Assembly (NCBI GenBank): GCA_046347205.1
Contig: JAXMGN010000001.1
Coordinates: 181,226 to 245,225 of the forward strand
From: Pseudomonadales bacterium
GTDB taxonomy: Bacteria > Pseudomonadota > Gammaproteobacteria > Pseudomonadales > UBA7239
DNA: 64,000 nucleotides
Direction: 5' to 3'
The position numbers were made by a program, and so were the translations under genes. The stretch's first letter is position 1; each line of letters starts with the position of its first letter. The notes under the pieces are model-generated. The model saw only the letters and a list, made by a program, of their open reading frames with translations, was not told where the DNA came from and did not search any database. Positions 54,532 to 64,000 of this stretch are shown here, piece by piece.

Positions 54532-55806
54532 TTAGCGCAGCTTGCGTCCTTTCAGCGCCTGAATACGCATACGCAGTGCATTCAGTTTGATAAAACCTTC
54601 AGCATCTTTTTGGTTGTACGCGCCACCGTCGTCTTCAAACGTGGCGATGGTGGCATCGAAAATGGAATCATCCGATTGACGACCGGCCACAATCACATTG
54701 CCTTTGTACAATTTGATGCGCACCACGCCGTTCACGAATTGTTGTGATTCGTCGATCATGGTTTGCAACATCAAACGCTCGGGGCTCCACCAATAACCGT
54801 TGTACACCAGTGAGGCGTAGCGCGGCATCAATTCATCTTTCAAATGCGCGACTTCGCGATCCAGTGTGATGGATTCAATCGCGCGATGTGCGCGCAACAT
54901 GATGGTGCCGCCCGGTGTTTCGTACGCGCCACGCGACTTCATGCCCACATAGCGGTTTTCTACCAAATCCAAACGACCGACGCCGTGTTTGCCACCCAGC
55001 GCATTCAACTGCGCCAACACTTTGGCGGGCGATAATTTTTTGCCGTTGATGGCGACGATGTCACCTTTTTTGTAAGTGAGATCGATATATTCCGGCTGAT
55101 CGGGCGCTTTTTCTGGCGACACCGTCCAGCGCCACATGTCTTCTTCTGGCTCCCACCACGGATCTTCCAAACCGCCGCCTTCGTAAGAGATGTGCAACAA
55201 GTTTGCATCCATGGAATACGGCGATTTTTTGCCAGCTTTAGCAAAATCGACAGGAATTTGGTGTTTCTTGGCGTAGGCCATCAGCGTTTCGCGCGAAGTG
55301 AGATTCCACTCGCGCCACGGTGCAATCACTTTCACGCCCGGTTTCAAAGCATAAGCACCCAACTCAAAGCGCACTTGATCATTGCCTTTGCCGGTTGCGC
55401 CGTGCGAGATGGCATCCGCACCCGTTTCGTTGGCGATTTCGATCAAGCGTTTAGCAATTAACGGGCGGGCAATCGAAGTGCCGAGCAGGTATTCGCCTTC
55501 ATAAATGGCGTTGGCGCGAAACATCGGAAACACAAAATCACGCACAAATTCTTCGCGCAAATCATCAATATAAATTTGTTTGATGCCCATGGCTTTGGCC
55601 TTGGCGCGCGCCGGCTCCAACTCCTCGCCCTGACCAATATCCGCCGTGAAAGTCACCACTTCGCAGCCATATTCCTGCTGCAACCACTTGAGGATGATGG
55701 AAGTGTCCAAGCCGCCGGAATAAGCCAGCACCACTTTGTTGATGCCGGATTTACCGGCCTTTTTAGCTGGAGTCTTTACTGCTTTGCTGCCTTTTGCCGC
55801 CGCCAT
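54532..55806 (-). CDS. argG: Argininosuccinate synthase
   Basis: [54 protein letters not shown]. Confidence 0.98.
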   Translation of the reverse strand: MAAAKGSKAVKTPAKKAGKSGINKVVLAYSGGLDTSIILKWLQQEYGCEVVTFTADIGQGEELEPARAKAKAMGIKQIYIDDLREEFVRDFVFPMFRANAIYEGEYLLGTSIARPLIAKRLIEIANETGADAISHGATGKGNDQVRFELGAYALKPGVKVIAPWREWNLTSRETLMAYAKKHQIPVDFAKAGKKSPYSMDANLLHISYEGGGLEDPWWEPEEDMWRWTVSPEKAPDQPEYIDLTYKKGDIVAINGKKLSPAKVLAQLNALGGKHGVGRLDLVENRYVGMKSRGAYETPGGTIMLRAHRAIESITLDREVAHLKDELMPRYASLVYNGYWWSPERLMLQTMIDESQQFVNGVVRIKLYKGNVIVAGRQSDDSIFDATIATFEDDGGAYNQKDAEGFIKLNALRMRIQALKGRKLR

Positions 55807-55862
55807 GATGCCACCTGTGGATTGCGTGAAACGGCGCGCATTGTAAACCCGAACGCCGAAGC

Positions 55863-56342
55863 CTACAGCAGCTTCTCAATATCCTTGGCGATAGTCGCCG
55901 GCGTGGTGGCCGGTGCGTAGCGAGCTACGGTGCGCCCTTCTCTATCCACGAGAAACTTGGTGAAATTCCACTTGATGCCTTCACTGCCCAGCAGTCCTGG
56001 GGCTGCCGCTTTCAAATGCGCGAACAGTGGATGTGCGTCTTTGCCATTGACTTCGATCTTGGCAAACAGCGGAAAAGAGACACCGAAGTTCAGCTCACAA
56101 AAACTGTTGATCTCCGCTTCTGTGCCTGGCTCTTGGTGACCAAATTGATCGCAAGGAAAGCCCAGCACCACCAAGCCGCGCGCGGTGTACTGCTCAAACA
56201 ATGTCTGCAAACCTTTGTACTGCGGGGTGAAACCACATTTGCTGGCGGTATTTACTATCAATAAAACCTTGCCGCGAAAAATAGAGAAATCTACAGGCTC
56301 GCCATCAATTGCTTGCGCAGAAAAATCAAATACCGTCGTCAT
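55863..56342 (-). CDS. gpx: Glutathione peroxidase (Cys type)
   Basis: [32 protein letters not shown]. Confidence 0.95.
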   Translation of the reverse strand: MTTVFDFSAQAIDGEPVDFSIFRGKVLLIVNTASKCGFTPQYKGLQTLFEQYTARGLVVLGFPCDQFGHQEPGTEAEINSFCELNFGVSFPLFAKIEVNGKDAHPLFAHLKAAAPGLLGSEGIKWNFTKFLVDREGRTVARYAPATTPATIAKDIEKLL

Positions 56343-56350
56343 AAAACCTC

Positions 56351-56716
56351 CTATCTATCACGCAAATGTAGCGACGCTGAATTGATGCAATAGCGCAAAC
56401 CCGTGGGTGCAGGACCATCGGGAAACACATGCCCCAAATGTGCCGCGCAAGCACTGCACACCACTTCGGTGCGCAGCATACCGTGCGCAGTATCGCGGTG
56501 TTCTGTTACCGCATTCGCGACCAACGGTTGCCAATAACTCGGCCAACCGCTGCCAGAATCGTATTTTGTTGTGCTGTCGAATAAGGGTTGCCCGCAACAC
56601 ACACAGCAATAAATACCATCGTCTTTGCAATCCCAATACTTGCCGGTGAAAGCACGCTCTGTACCTTTTTCGCGACAGATGTGGAATTGTTCAGGCGTTA
56701 ATTGCTCGTCGTTCAT
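56351..56716 (-). CDS. msrB: Methionine-R-sulfoxide reductase
   Basis: [37 protein letters not shown]. Confidence 0.97.
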   Translation of the reverse strand: MNDEQLTPEQFHICREKGTERAFTGKYWDCKDDGIYCCVCCGQPLFDSTTKYDSGSGWPSYWQPLVANAVTEHRDTAHGMLRTEVVCSACAAHLGHVFPDGPAPTGLRYCINSASLHLRDR

Positions 56717-59150
56717 GAAAAAATCTCCTGCCTAGCAAAGACCACAGCAACAACAGCAAAAAAATAAAACCTGCCATTATCGAGATATAAATACCGTAAC
56801 GCAGCGCAGGGGGATCGTAATAAAAACACACACGATGTTCACCCGCTGGCAACACAATGCCACGGAACGCTTCGTTCACGCGACCGATATACGCCGGCAC
56901 ACCGTCTACCGTTGCACGCCAATCAGGGTGCCAAGTATCAGACAACACCAAGATAGCAGGCTGCGTCACTGTCACCTTGGCAGTGACTTCCGTATTGCGA
57001 CGCACGAGCGGCTGCACATTACCCATAACGACCACAGATTCTGCCGAATTATCGACAACAGGAATTCCCAACTGCTCGGCCTGCGCTTTTAATGCCGTAT
57101 CCGCAGTAATGGCTACACGGTGCGGATCCAACTGACTCGCGGTAGACAAGGCACTCACCAAGGAAAGCGACGGCAGATAATTTTTATTTTCAAACACGAG
57201 GGCCGTGTTATCGCTGTACACCAGAGGATAGCCATCACGCTGCAAATTTTCTGCATACGCCACGTCAGCCGTTTTAGACACCACAATGTATTTAATGCTA
57301 TCGGCATCCAATGCTGCTGCATCTAAGGAAAATTCCTTGCGTGACGTTTTTTTGCGTTTCTTATTCGATGACCCATCCAATGCCAAAAAGAAAAACGTGT
57401 CATTGCCAAAATACTTTTCAAAGAAACTCTCATACCAAGACAGCAAACCTGCATTCATGGTTCCTGCTTGACGGATGCCGAACAGAGCACCGTATTCTGG
57501 ATACAGTACACCCTGCTGCCCTATATTAAGAATTCGGCCATCGCCAATATTTTTTTTCAGGAATTGCACAACGCTAGGTTTGGTATCTGCAATGCCATAA
57601 CGCATAGGCCTAACGGTGTTCATATAACTAAGCAACTCAGCAATCAAAGCCAGAGAAATAAACACCGACAAATACTTTGCATTCAATGTCTTTGATTTCG
57701 CCAACCACCACCACAGCACTGAAGAAATCCATAACACTATCGCTATTACTACATGCAGCATTTGGATGGAGGACGATGGCATTCCCAGCCTGCTATACAA
57801 ATAAATAAATCCCACCATCGGCAATAATAAAATGACACACACGGCCACTATAGGTAATTTTTCCTCTCGAATATTCTGTACGCCCAAGGCGACCAATACA
57901 GGCAACACTACTGCCGCCATACAACCCCAGTATTGATTGCCTATCGAATGTAGAACCGGCAGATGGTCCACAAACCCCATTGCACCAAACACTCTAGCAT
58001 ACGCAAATACCAACAACGCAATACCTACACAAGCAACCCAGTGTTGCACTATTTTATTTCTACCCAATGCACACACAGCCACTAAAAACGTCGTAATGCC
58101 GAGATAAGTAATGTGCGGTGATTTTTTCTCCAAGCCTGCATCAGGGTAGAGATCAACGCGTTGAATATGACCAAAAACATCCCAAAAATGTTGAGGTGAA
58201 AAGATCGATAAAAAGTTTTCAATGCCAATTGGTTTTGGCAGCATGCGCTTGTCAAAATCAGACACCATATCGGTAACAAAAAAAGAATCGATCACAGGAA
58301 CCCATAAAAACCCCAGCAGCGCAACCGCACACACAACAGCCAATACAATGTGTAGACAATAGATAGGAAATCCTTTAGTCCCTTGGCGAGCGCCACCAGC
58401 AAGACCCACATAAAAAGCTACACCCAGCACATGCACAGCCAGTAGCGTTAACATCAACGTTGTCATGATATTCGCCAACAGAATGACTGCGTGTGCGAAC
58501 ACGACAAACAACCATGAAGGCAAATCTCTCCGCTGACAAAACTGCAACAAGGCAAACAACACTATGGGAAACAAAAAATACGGCTGACCGATGCCGGTAT
58601 TCAAATTCGGCACAGCAAAACCATTTAAGAGATATGCCGCTGCCCCCACTAAGGCCGCACACCAGCTTGTGCGAAAAACATCCAGAAAAATGCACAGCAT
58701 GAAATAAAAACCCATGCAGTACAGTGCAAGCAAACCAAAATCAAAGCTGACTGGCGATGCATCAAACAGCCATGTAGTCATCAATGTATGTGGAGAAAAC
58801 TTGATGTCTATCAACGTCTCTGGCCCCAAGGTACCGGAGGCAGAATACGGATTCCACCACGGCGAATCGCCAGTGCGAAAATTGCGCGCCATAAAATAAT
58901 GCGCTGGCTCAAATTCATTCAGTGCGGAATACAAATCACCAAAACCATCAGATGGCAGTACATCGTGACCCCACACTGGCATCAATGCAGAACTCGCCTG
59001 CCATGCAGCGGGCTTATTAATGAATGGCAAAATATTGGAGGGCTGTAGCGTGCGCTGAAAAAAAACAATATCGGGAAAAATAATGCCGCACACCACCAAC
59101 ACTGCACAGGCGGCCATCCCTAGCTGTCTGCGCAAAGCTTTCACAGTCAA
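56691..59150 (-). CDS. YfhO-like multi-TM membrane protein (putative GT-C glycosyltransferase)
   Basis: [10 protein letters not shown] periplasmic motif, ~12 TM segments, C-terminal [17 protein letters not shown]...[13 protein letters not shown]...Y.P. TTG start. Confidence 0.75.
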   Translation of the reverse strand: MTVKALRRQLGMAACAVLVVCGIIFPDIVFFQRTLQPSNILPFINKPAAWQASSALMPVWGHDVLPSDGFGDLYSALNEFEPAHYFMARNFRTGDSPWWNPYSASGTLGPETLIDIKFSPHTLMTTWLFDASPVSFDFGLLALYCMGFYFMLCIFLDVFRTSWCAALVGAAAYLLNGFAVPNLNTGIGQPYFLFPIVLFALLQFCQRRDLPSWLFVVFAHAVILLANIMTTLMLTLLAVHVLGVAFYVGLAGGARQGTKGFPIYCLHIVLAVVCAVALLGFLWVPVIDSFFVTDMVSDFDKRMLPKPIGIENFLSIFSPQHFWDVFGHIQRVDLYPDAGLEKKSPHITYLGITTFLVAVCALGRNKIVQHWVACVGIALLVFAYARVFGAMGFVDHLPVLHSIGNQYWGCMAAVVLPVLVALGVQNIREEKLPIVAVCVILLLPMVGFIYLYSRLGMPSSSIQMLHVVIAIVLWISSVLWWWLAKSKTLNAKYLSVFISLALIAELLSYMNTVRPMRYGIADTKPSVVQFLKKNIGDGRILNIGQQGVLYPEYGALFGIRQAGTMNAGLLSWYESFFEKYFGNDTFFFLALDGSSNKKRKKTSRKEFSLDAAALDADSIKYIVVSKTADVAYAENLQRDGYPLVYSDNTALVFENKNYLPSLSLVSALSTASQLDPHRVAITADTALKAQAEQLGIPVVDNSAESVVVMGNVQPLVRRNTEVTAKVTVTQPAILVLSDTWHPDWRATVDGVPAYIGRVNEAFRGIVLPAGEHRVCFYYDPPALRYGIYISIMAGFIFLLLLLWSLLGRRFFHERRAINA

Positions 59151-62100
59151 TTACAGTGCCGCTGCGCCGTTGATGACAGACACCGAGCCAGCACCTTTGA
59201 TGAGTTTGGGTTTACCTTGAGTGCCGCCTACCGCGCTGCTCATACGCGCTGCAATAATTAAATCGCCTTTTCCGTCGCCGTTGATGTCGCCACTCGCCAC
59301 CGCAGAGCCAAAATTATCTTTGGCTACGCTGCCGTCCATAGACCACTCCTCTACACCCGTGCCGCCGGCAAATAATTGCACAGACCCGGAACCCTTGCCT
59401 GAAGCAATGGTATTAGCATTAGGCGACCCCACTAACACCTCATCCTTGCCATCACCATTGATGTCTGACACCACCGCGATGGACGCCCCCATCAAACTCC
59501 CCGCCGTACCTGATCGAGCAAAACCAGGGGTGATCGTGGCGCTGCTGCCCGTGCCATACCATACCGATATAGCTCCGGCTTTTTTGTTGGCATACGGGGC
59601 ACCAACCACAAAATCCGGCTTACCATCGCCGTTGATATCCCCACCGCCAGCGACGCTAGCACCTAGGTGCCCCCCTGCCGTTGTACCTATAATCATTTGT
59701 GAGTGATAGCCGCCATTTTTGGGGGTCACGATGTACACCGCACCAGAGTCTTTACCACTGGCATCCGCTAGCGGCGCGCCAATCACCAAATCTCCAGAGT
59801 TATCGCCGGTAATATCACCAATACCCGCAACAGCTGCACCAAAGTTGTCGTTGATCGCTTCACCATAGTACGTAGATCGAGGCGAGCCACTCCAAGGTTC
59901 CAGCGCGTACACAGCTCCCGTATTCTTAGCAACTCCAGGGGCACCTACCGCAATCTCTCCATAACCATTTGCATTGATGTCCCCCAACCCCGTTACGGCA
60001 AAGCCCAAGCGATCATTGGCGCTATTACCAGAGGTGTCAAAAATAGGTGCAGGTAAGCCACTAGCGGTGGAGTCAAACAAATTGTACGCAGCCACGCGAC
60101 CATTCTTTTTCAAATACCATCCCGCGCTGAATGAATACGCATTACCTGGGGCTCCTACCACAAAATCAACTATGCCATCTTTATCCAAGTCGCCTGCATT
60201 GGCTACAGACCAACCATATAGCTGCCCCTTAGTGTCACCAATGTTGTACCAAAGAGCTTTATTGGTTTTTCCTGAAATAACAGCAACAAAACCCACATCG
60301 GTATAGCGCAAATGACCATAGCGGTAATCATAATAAGGCGCGCCAAACACTACATCGTCAAAACCATCACCATCAAAATCGCCCACAGCAACAGAGAATC
60401 CTGCTTGCGCTCCTTTTGCATCATCCTTGGCATAAACAGCACTTTCAGAAATCAAATTTAGCCAATCACCGTCCAAGGGTTTGGGGTCATATAAATCACT
60501 GACGCCGTCATGATCGGTATCTGCTGCCTGAGGATTCGTGCCAGCAAGAAATTCCTGCAAATTCGACAAACCATCGCCGTCCGCATCCGCAGCCGAATCG
60601 TTCACACCCACCGTTAAACCGTGTGCAGTTTCCCAGTTGTCGTCCATGTGATCGCCATCAGTATCCACAACTGGTGCAGGACAATTCACACCCACCATCT
60701 GGAATGCAGCATTCACTTCTGTCGTGTTGTAAGACAAATCAGCTGCCGCGCTGATCACACCACAGGCTGCATCAACATAATTAGATAACGGAGACCAATA
60801 ATTTGCATTGGCAAAATAAAAAACCTTAAAAGCCTTATCAACGCTCCAACTAGGTGTATTGGCAAGTAGATAAAAGGCACGATTAAATACGCCGCTAGAA
60901 TTGTGCACATCAATTCCATCGTAATAGTCAGCAGCACTTCGAATAGATCGCTTGTCTTTGCGCGGGTCAGCAAAATAACGCAAGGCTTTGGTTTTACCCT
61001 TCATTACATCTGCGCCAACCAACCAATCGACCTTACCATTTGCATAGTATTCAGCTGCTTCTCCGGCAATATCTGAATAAGCCTCATTGATCCCACCGCT
61101 TTGGCCGTAATATTCCAAGCCAGAGTTTTGTTCTGTTGTTCCGTGAGAAGACTCGTGTGCTACGACATTTAGTGATGTCGATAATGGATAAAAATATTTA
61201 TCCCCATCACCAAAGTTAGTATAGGTTCCATCCCAAAAAGCATTTTCATACCCATAATCATAATGCACGCGCAGAATAAACATGCCACTCAAGGGTGTAG
61301 TGCCTACATAACTTTTGTACATCGCATTAGTCACCATGGCAAAGTTATGTGCATCATTCAAGGGCGCGTAACCACCATTAATTGACTGAAACGTGTTACG
61401 CGGACAACCGTAGCTGTACGCAGTGGAATAGCTACCAATACCACCGCCTAAATTTACTGTTTTTACTTCCGATGTTTGCATGGTACAAGTGCCGCCAGAC
61501 TGCATGACATCCAAAAAAGGAACTCCCCCAGAACCGTACTCAATCAAACCGCTCCTCTCATTCCCTCCAGGGCCAGTGCCAATTGCTGCATGAGCCATAC
61601 CATTCCATGTTTTAAAAATATGCCCATCATCTGCATCTAAAATAAAATAAGGACGCACAGGCTCAAACCCTGCAGCCTCGACCACGTAACTAATGTACCA
61701 GGCATCGTGCGCTCTCTGCTGCGCATCCAAATAAATAACTAATTTGATTTTTTCATTGCGAAACTCCGGTGTAACACCATCACTCACCTTAAGATAGCGA
61801 CTGATATTTTTTTTCGCTTTTACCAGCGCCGCTTGACTGGAAAGTTGCTGCACAGCGGCATCATCATCAGAAACATCGTTCTCAATACCGTCCACGGCCA
61901 CACCGGTCAGTGACTGTGTTTTGCCCTGTGCATCGCTGTGCACAATCACTTGCTCGCCATACACAGGAATGCCGTGAAATTTTTGCTCAAAGCGTGTATG
62001 CGTTTTCCCTGATGGATCGCTGCTTTTGCGCAGCACTTGAAAACTGTTGCGCGGATCCAACGCCAATGCTTGCTGTAAAGCTGGTACTGCCACGCCCGCC

Positions 62101-62249
62101 AGTGACTGCACCACAGAGGCATCCACCCCCTGCAAATTCACACGCTCTGCTGCAACAGTATGCTGACTCAACACTACTGCTGCGCAAGAGAACACACCCG
62201 CCAACACTCCAAACTGTTTGTTGCTTTTTGTATCCATGACACTCTCCAT
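59151..62249 (-). CDS. Secreted M4 (thermolysin/elastase-like) metalloprotease with TSP3-like and seven FG-GAP repeats
   Basis: Signal peptide and FTP/PepSY propeptide; NAFWDG, HESSH, GGINEAYSD, DVHNSSG; DxDxD repeats; 7 GDxxxDGxxDxxxGAP-like repeats. Confidence 0.88.
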   Translation of the reverse strand: MESVMDTKSNKQFGVLAGVFSCAAVVLSQHTVAAERVNLQGVDASVVQSLAGVAVPALQQALALDPRNSFQVLRKSSDPSGKTHTRFEQKFHGIPVYGEQVIVHSDAQGKTQSLTGVAVDGIENDVSDDDAAVQQLSSQAALVKAKKNISRYLKVSDGVTPEFRNEKIKLVIYLDAQQRAHDAWYISYVVEAAGFEPVRPYFILDADDGHIFKTWNGMAHAAIGTGPGGNERSGLIEYGSGGVPFLDVMQSGGTCTMQTSEVKTVNLGGGIGSYSTAYSYGCPRNTFQSINGGYAPLNDAHNFAMVTNAMYKSYVGTTPLSGMFILRVHYDYGYENAFWDGTYTNFGDGDKYFYPLSTSLNVVAHESSHGTTEQNSGLEYYGQSGGINEAYSDIAGEAAEYYANGKVDWLVGADVMKGKTKALRYFADPRKDKRSIRSAADYYDGIDVHNSSGVFNRAFYLLANTPSWSVDKAFKVFYFANANYWSPLSNYVDAACGVISAAADLSYNTTEVNAAFQMVGVNCPAPVVDTDGDHMDDNWETAHGLTVGVNDSAADADGDGLSNLQEFLAGTNPQAADTDHDGVSDLYDPKPLDGDWLNLISESAVYAKDDAKGAQAGFSVAVGDFDGDGFDDVVFGAPYYDYRYGHLRYTDVGFVAVISGKTNKALWYNIGDTKGQLYGWSVANAGDLDKDGIVDFVVGAPGNAYSFSAGWYLKKNGRVAAYNLFDSTASGLPAPIFDTSGNSANDRLGFAVTGLGDINANGYGEIAVGAPGVAKNTGAVYALEPWSGSPRSTYYGEAINDNFGAAVAGIGDITGDNSGDLVIGAPLADASGKDSGAVYIVTPKNGGYHSQMIIGTTAGGHLGASVAGGGDINGDGKPDFVVGAPYANKKAGAISVWYGTGSSATITPGFARSGTAGSLMGASIAVVSDINGDGKDEVLVGSPNANTIASGKGSGSVQLFAGGTGVEEWSMDGSVAKDNFGSAVASGDINGDGKGDLIIAARMSSAVGGTQGKPKLIKGAGSVSVINGAAAL

Positions 62250-62356
62250 CTATAAGCCTGAGGCTTCCCGTTAAATTGCTATCTGTTCAGCATCGTATAA
62301 TACTCGACCACCTTTACACACCGCATTGCACAACGGCAATACCAACAGGTTACTTT

Positions 62357-63571
62357 ATGAAATATATCCACAAATCCCAAAAACTCCATGGCGTGTGCTA
62401 CGACATTCGGGGGCCTGTCCTAGAAGAAGCCTACCGCATGGAGGAGGCTGGCCAGCGCATCCTCAAACTCAATATCGGAAACCCTGCGCCGTTTGGGTTG
62501 ATGGCACCTGACGAAATCCTCAAAGATGTGGTGTACAACTTGCCGCAAGCCGAGGGCTACAGCGAATCCAAAGGTATGTTTGCTGCGCGCAAAGCGGTGA
62601 TGCACGAAACGCAGCGCCTGGGCATCGCCGGCGTGCAAATCAACGATATTTATCTCGGCAACGGTGTGAGCGAGTTGATCGCTATGGCGTTGCAAGGTCT
62701 GTGCGATAGCGGTGATGAAATACTGATCCCCGCACCAGACTATCCACTGTGGACCGCTTCCACCTCGCTGGCCGGCGGCACACCCGTGCATTATTTGTGC
62801 GATGAAAACAACGGCTGGAATCCAGACATCACCGACATCCGCAGCAAAATCACCACCAAAACGCGCGCGATTGTGGTCATCAACCCCAACAACCCCACCG
62901 GCGTGGTGTATGACCCTGCAATCCTGCAACAAATTGTTGATCTCGCACGCGAACACGGTTTGATTATTTTTGCCGATGAAATTTACGACAAAATTTTGTA
63001 CGAAGATGCCAAACACACGCCAATGGCTACACTGGCTACCGATGTGTTGTGCGTCACGTTCAACGGCCTTTCCAAAACGTATCGCTTGGCCGGTTTTCGC
63101 TCCGGCTGGATGATTTTGAGCGGCAACAAAACGATTGCGCGCGATTACATTGAGGGCTTGGACATGCTGTCGTCCATGCGCCTCTGCGCCAACGTGCCTG
63201 CACAATTTGCCATTCAAACCGCACTGGGCGGCTACCAAAGCATCAACGAATACACACAAGACGGCGGACGTTTGCGGGAACAGCGCGATATCGCTTGGAA
63301 AATGCTCAACGACATCCCTGGCGTAAGCTGCGTTAAACCGATGGGCGCGCTGTATATGTTTCCGCGCCTTGATCCAGCGATTTATCCCATTAAAGATGAT
63401 CAACAACTGGCACTGGATTTACTGCGCCAGAAAAAAATCCTGATCGTGCAGGGTTCTGGTTTTAATTGGATAGACCAACAACATTTCAGAATTGTAATTC
63501 TCCCGCGCGCCGATGATTTGAAATACGCGATCGAGCAATTTGCTGATTTCATTCAAAGCTATCGGCAATAA
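62357..63571 (+). CDS. alaA: PLP-dependent alanine transaminase AlaA
   Basis: VCYDIRGPV, LNIGNPAPFG, INPNNPTG, DEIYD, GLSKTYRLAGFRSGW. Confidence 0.92.
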   Translation: MKYIHKSQKLHGVCYDIRGPVLEEAYRMEEAGQRILKLNIGNPAPFGLMAPDEILKDVVYNLPQAEGYSESKGMFAARKAVMHETQRLGIAGVQINDIYLGNGVSELIAMALQGLCDSGDEILIPAPDYPLWTASTSLAGGTPVHYLCDENNGWNPDITDIRSKITTKTRAIVVINPNNPTGVVYDPAILQQIVDLAREHGLIIFADEIYDKILYEDAKHTPMATLATDVLCVTFNGLSKTYRLAGFRSGWMILSGNKTIARDYIEGLDMLSSMRLCANVPAQFAIQTALGGYQSINEYTQDGGRLREQRDIAWKMLNDIPGVSCVKPMGALYMFPRLDPAIYPIKDDQQLALDLLRQKKILIVQGSGFNWIDQQHFRIVILPRADDLKYAIEQFADFIQSYRQ

Positions 63572-64000
63572 ATGACTGAGAACACAAGCGTGAGCGATAT
63601 TCATATCGATGATTTTTATAAAGATGCCGCACGCATTCTTTCGGTGCTGTATCAAGTTTTTCCGCGCCCCTACACCGTGTATGTGACCGATATTTCCGGC
63701 GCTGATGAACCCGATGAATACGGCTTACACAGCGAACGCCATTATGCGTGCTTCAGCACAATGATCTGGCTCGCCGATGCCGGTTGGTTGCGCTTTGTGG
63801 ATGTGATTAACAAAGAGGCGATAGACCAAGCCGTGCTCACCAATAAGGCACTCAGCTTACTCACCACGCGCAGCCCGATTCGTTTTCAGGCAGAGGTGGA
63901 GAGCACACCACCATCCGTGGCGGATGCGCAGGCTAGCCATATTCATCAACTGCGTTTAGCGCTGCGCAGTGAAGAGTCTTTTGCTATTCGTCGCATCATG
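63572..64000 (+). CDS. Conserved hypothetical protein, truncated by the window edge
   Basis: Open frame from ATG 63572 (or GTG 63590): SDIHIDDFYKDAARIL...; no stop codon before the end. Confidence 0.75.
   Translation, partial: MTENTSVSDIHIDDFYKDAARILSVLYQVFPRPYTVYVTDISGADEPDEYGLHSERHYACFSTMIWLADAGWLRFVDVINKEAIDQAVLTNKALSLLTTRSPIRFQAEVESTPPSVADAQASHIHQLRLALRSEESFAIRRIM

Noticed and set aside
55863-56716. Selenocysteine recoding in gpx or msrB
   Set aside because: Active sites are Cys codons with no in-frame TGA.
62420-63406. 328-aa antisense ORF
   Set aside because: Shadow ORF of alaA with no recognisable domain.

Overview
Mostly core chromosome of a gammaproteobacterium; gene content and synteny suggest a Pseudomonadales/Cellvibrionales-type organism (inference). 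The core blocks are rplM-rpsI-petABC-sspAB-rpoE-rseA-degP-lepA, fabV, class I fumarase, xseA, guaBA, zapE-pyrG-kdsA-eno-ftsB-ispDF-truD-pcm-nlpD, pdxB/epmC/dedA, msrB-gpx-argG and alaA. The accessory modules are: (i) two tandem MBOAT+SGNH O-acylation pairs sharing a near-identical ~570-bp tract; (ii) a putative hydrophobic-substrate import/oxidation/sensing locus (DUF1302 barrel, YCF48-like, RND/MMPL, GMC oxidoreductase), with a CrbS/MxtR-like hybrid kinase that appears to have lost its SLC5 transporter domain and an ErdR/CrbR-like regulator; (iii) a small island with a truncated RelE/ParE toxin, an outer-membrane barrel gene split by an IS1182 element, and an XRE regulator; (iv) a two-gene insert between msrB and alaA encoding an M4 metalloprotease-TSP3-like-7xFG-GAP fusion and a YfhO-like membrane protein. 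The best candidates for novelty are the transporter-less STAC-like kinase locus, the protease/integrin-propeller plus YfhO pair, and the sspB-rpoE-rseA operon junction. No rRNA, tRNA or CRISPR array was seen. All family calls come from motif recognition by eye; no searches were run.
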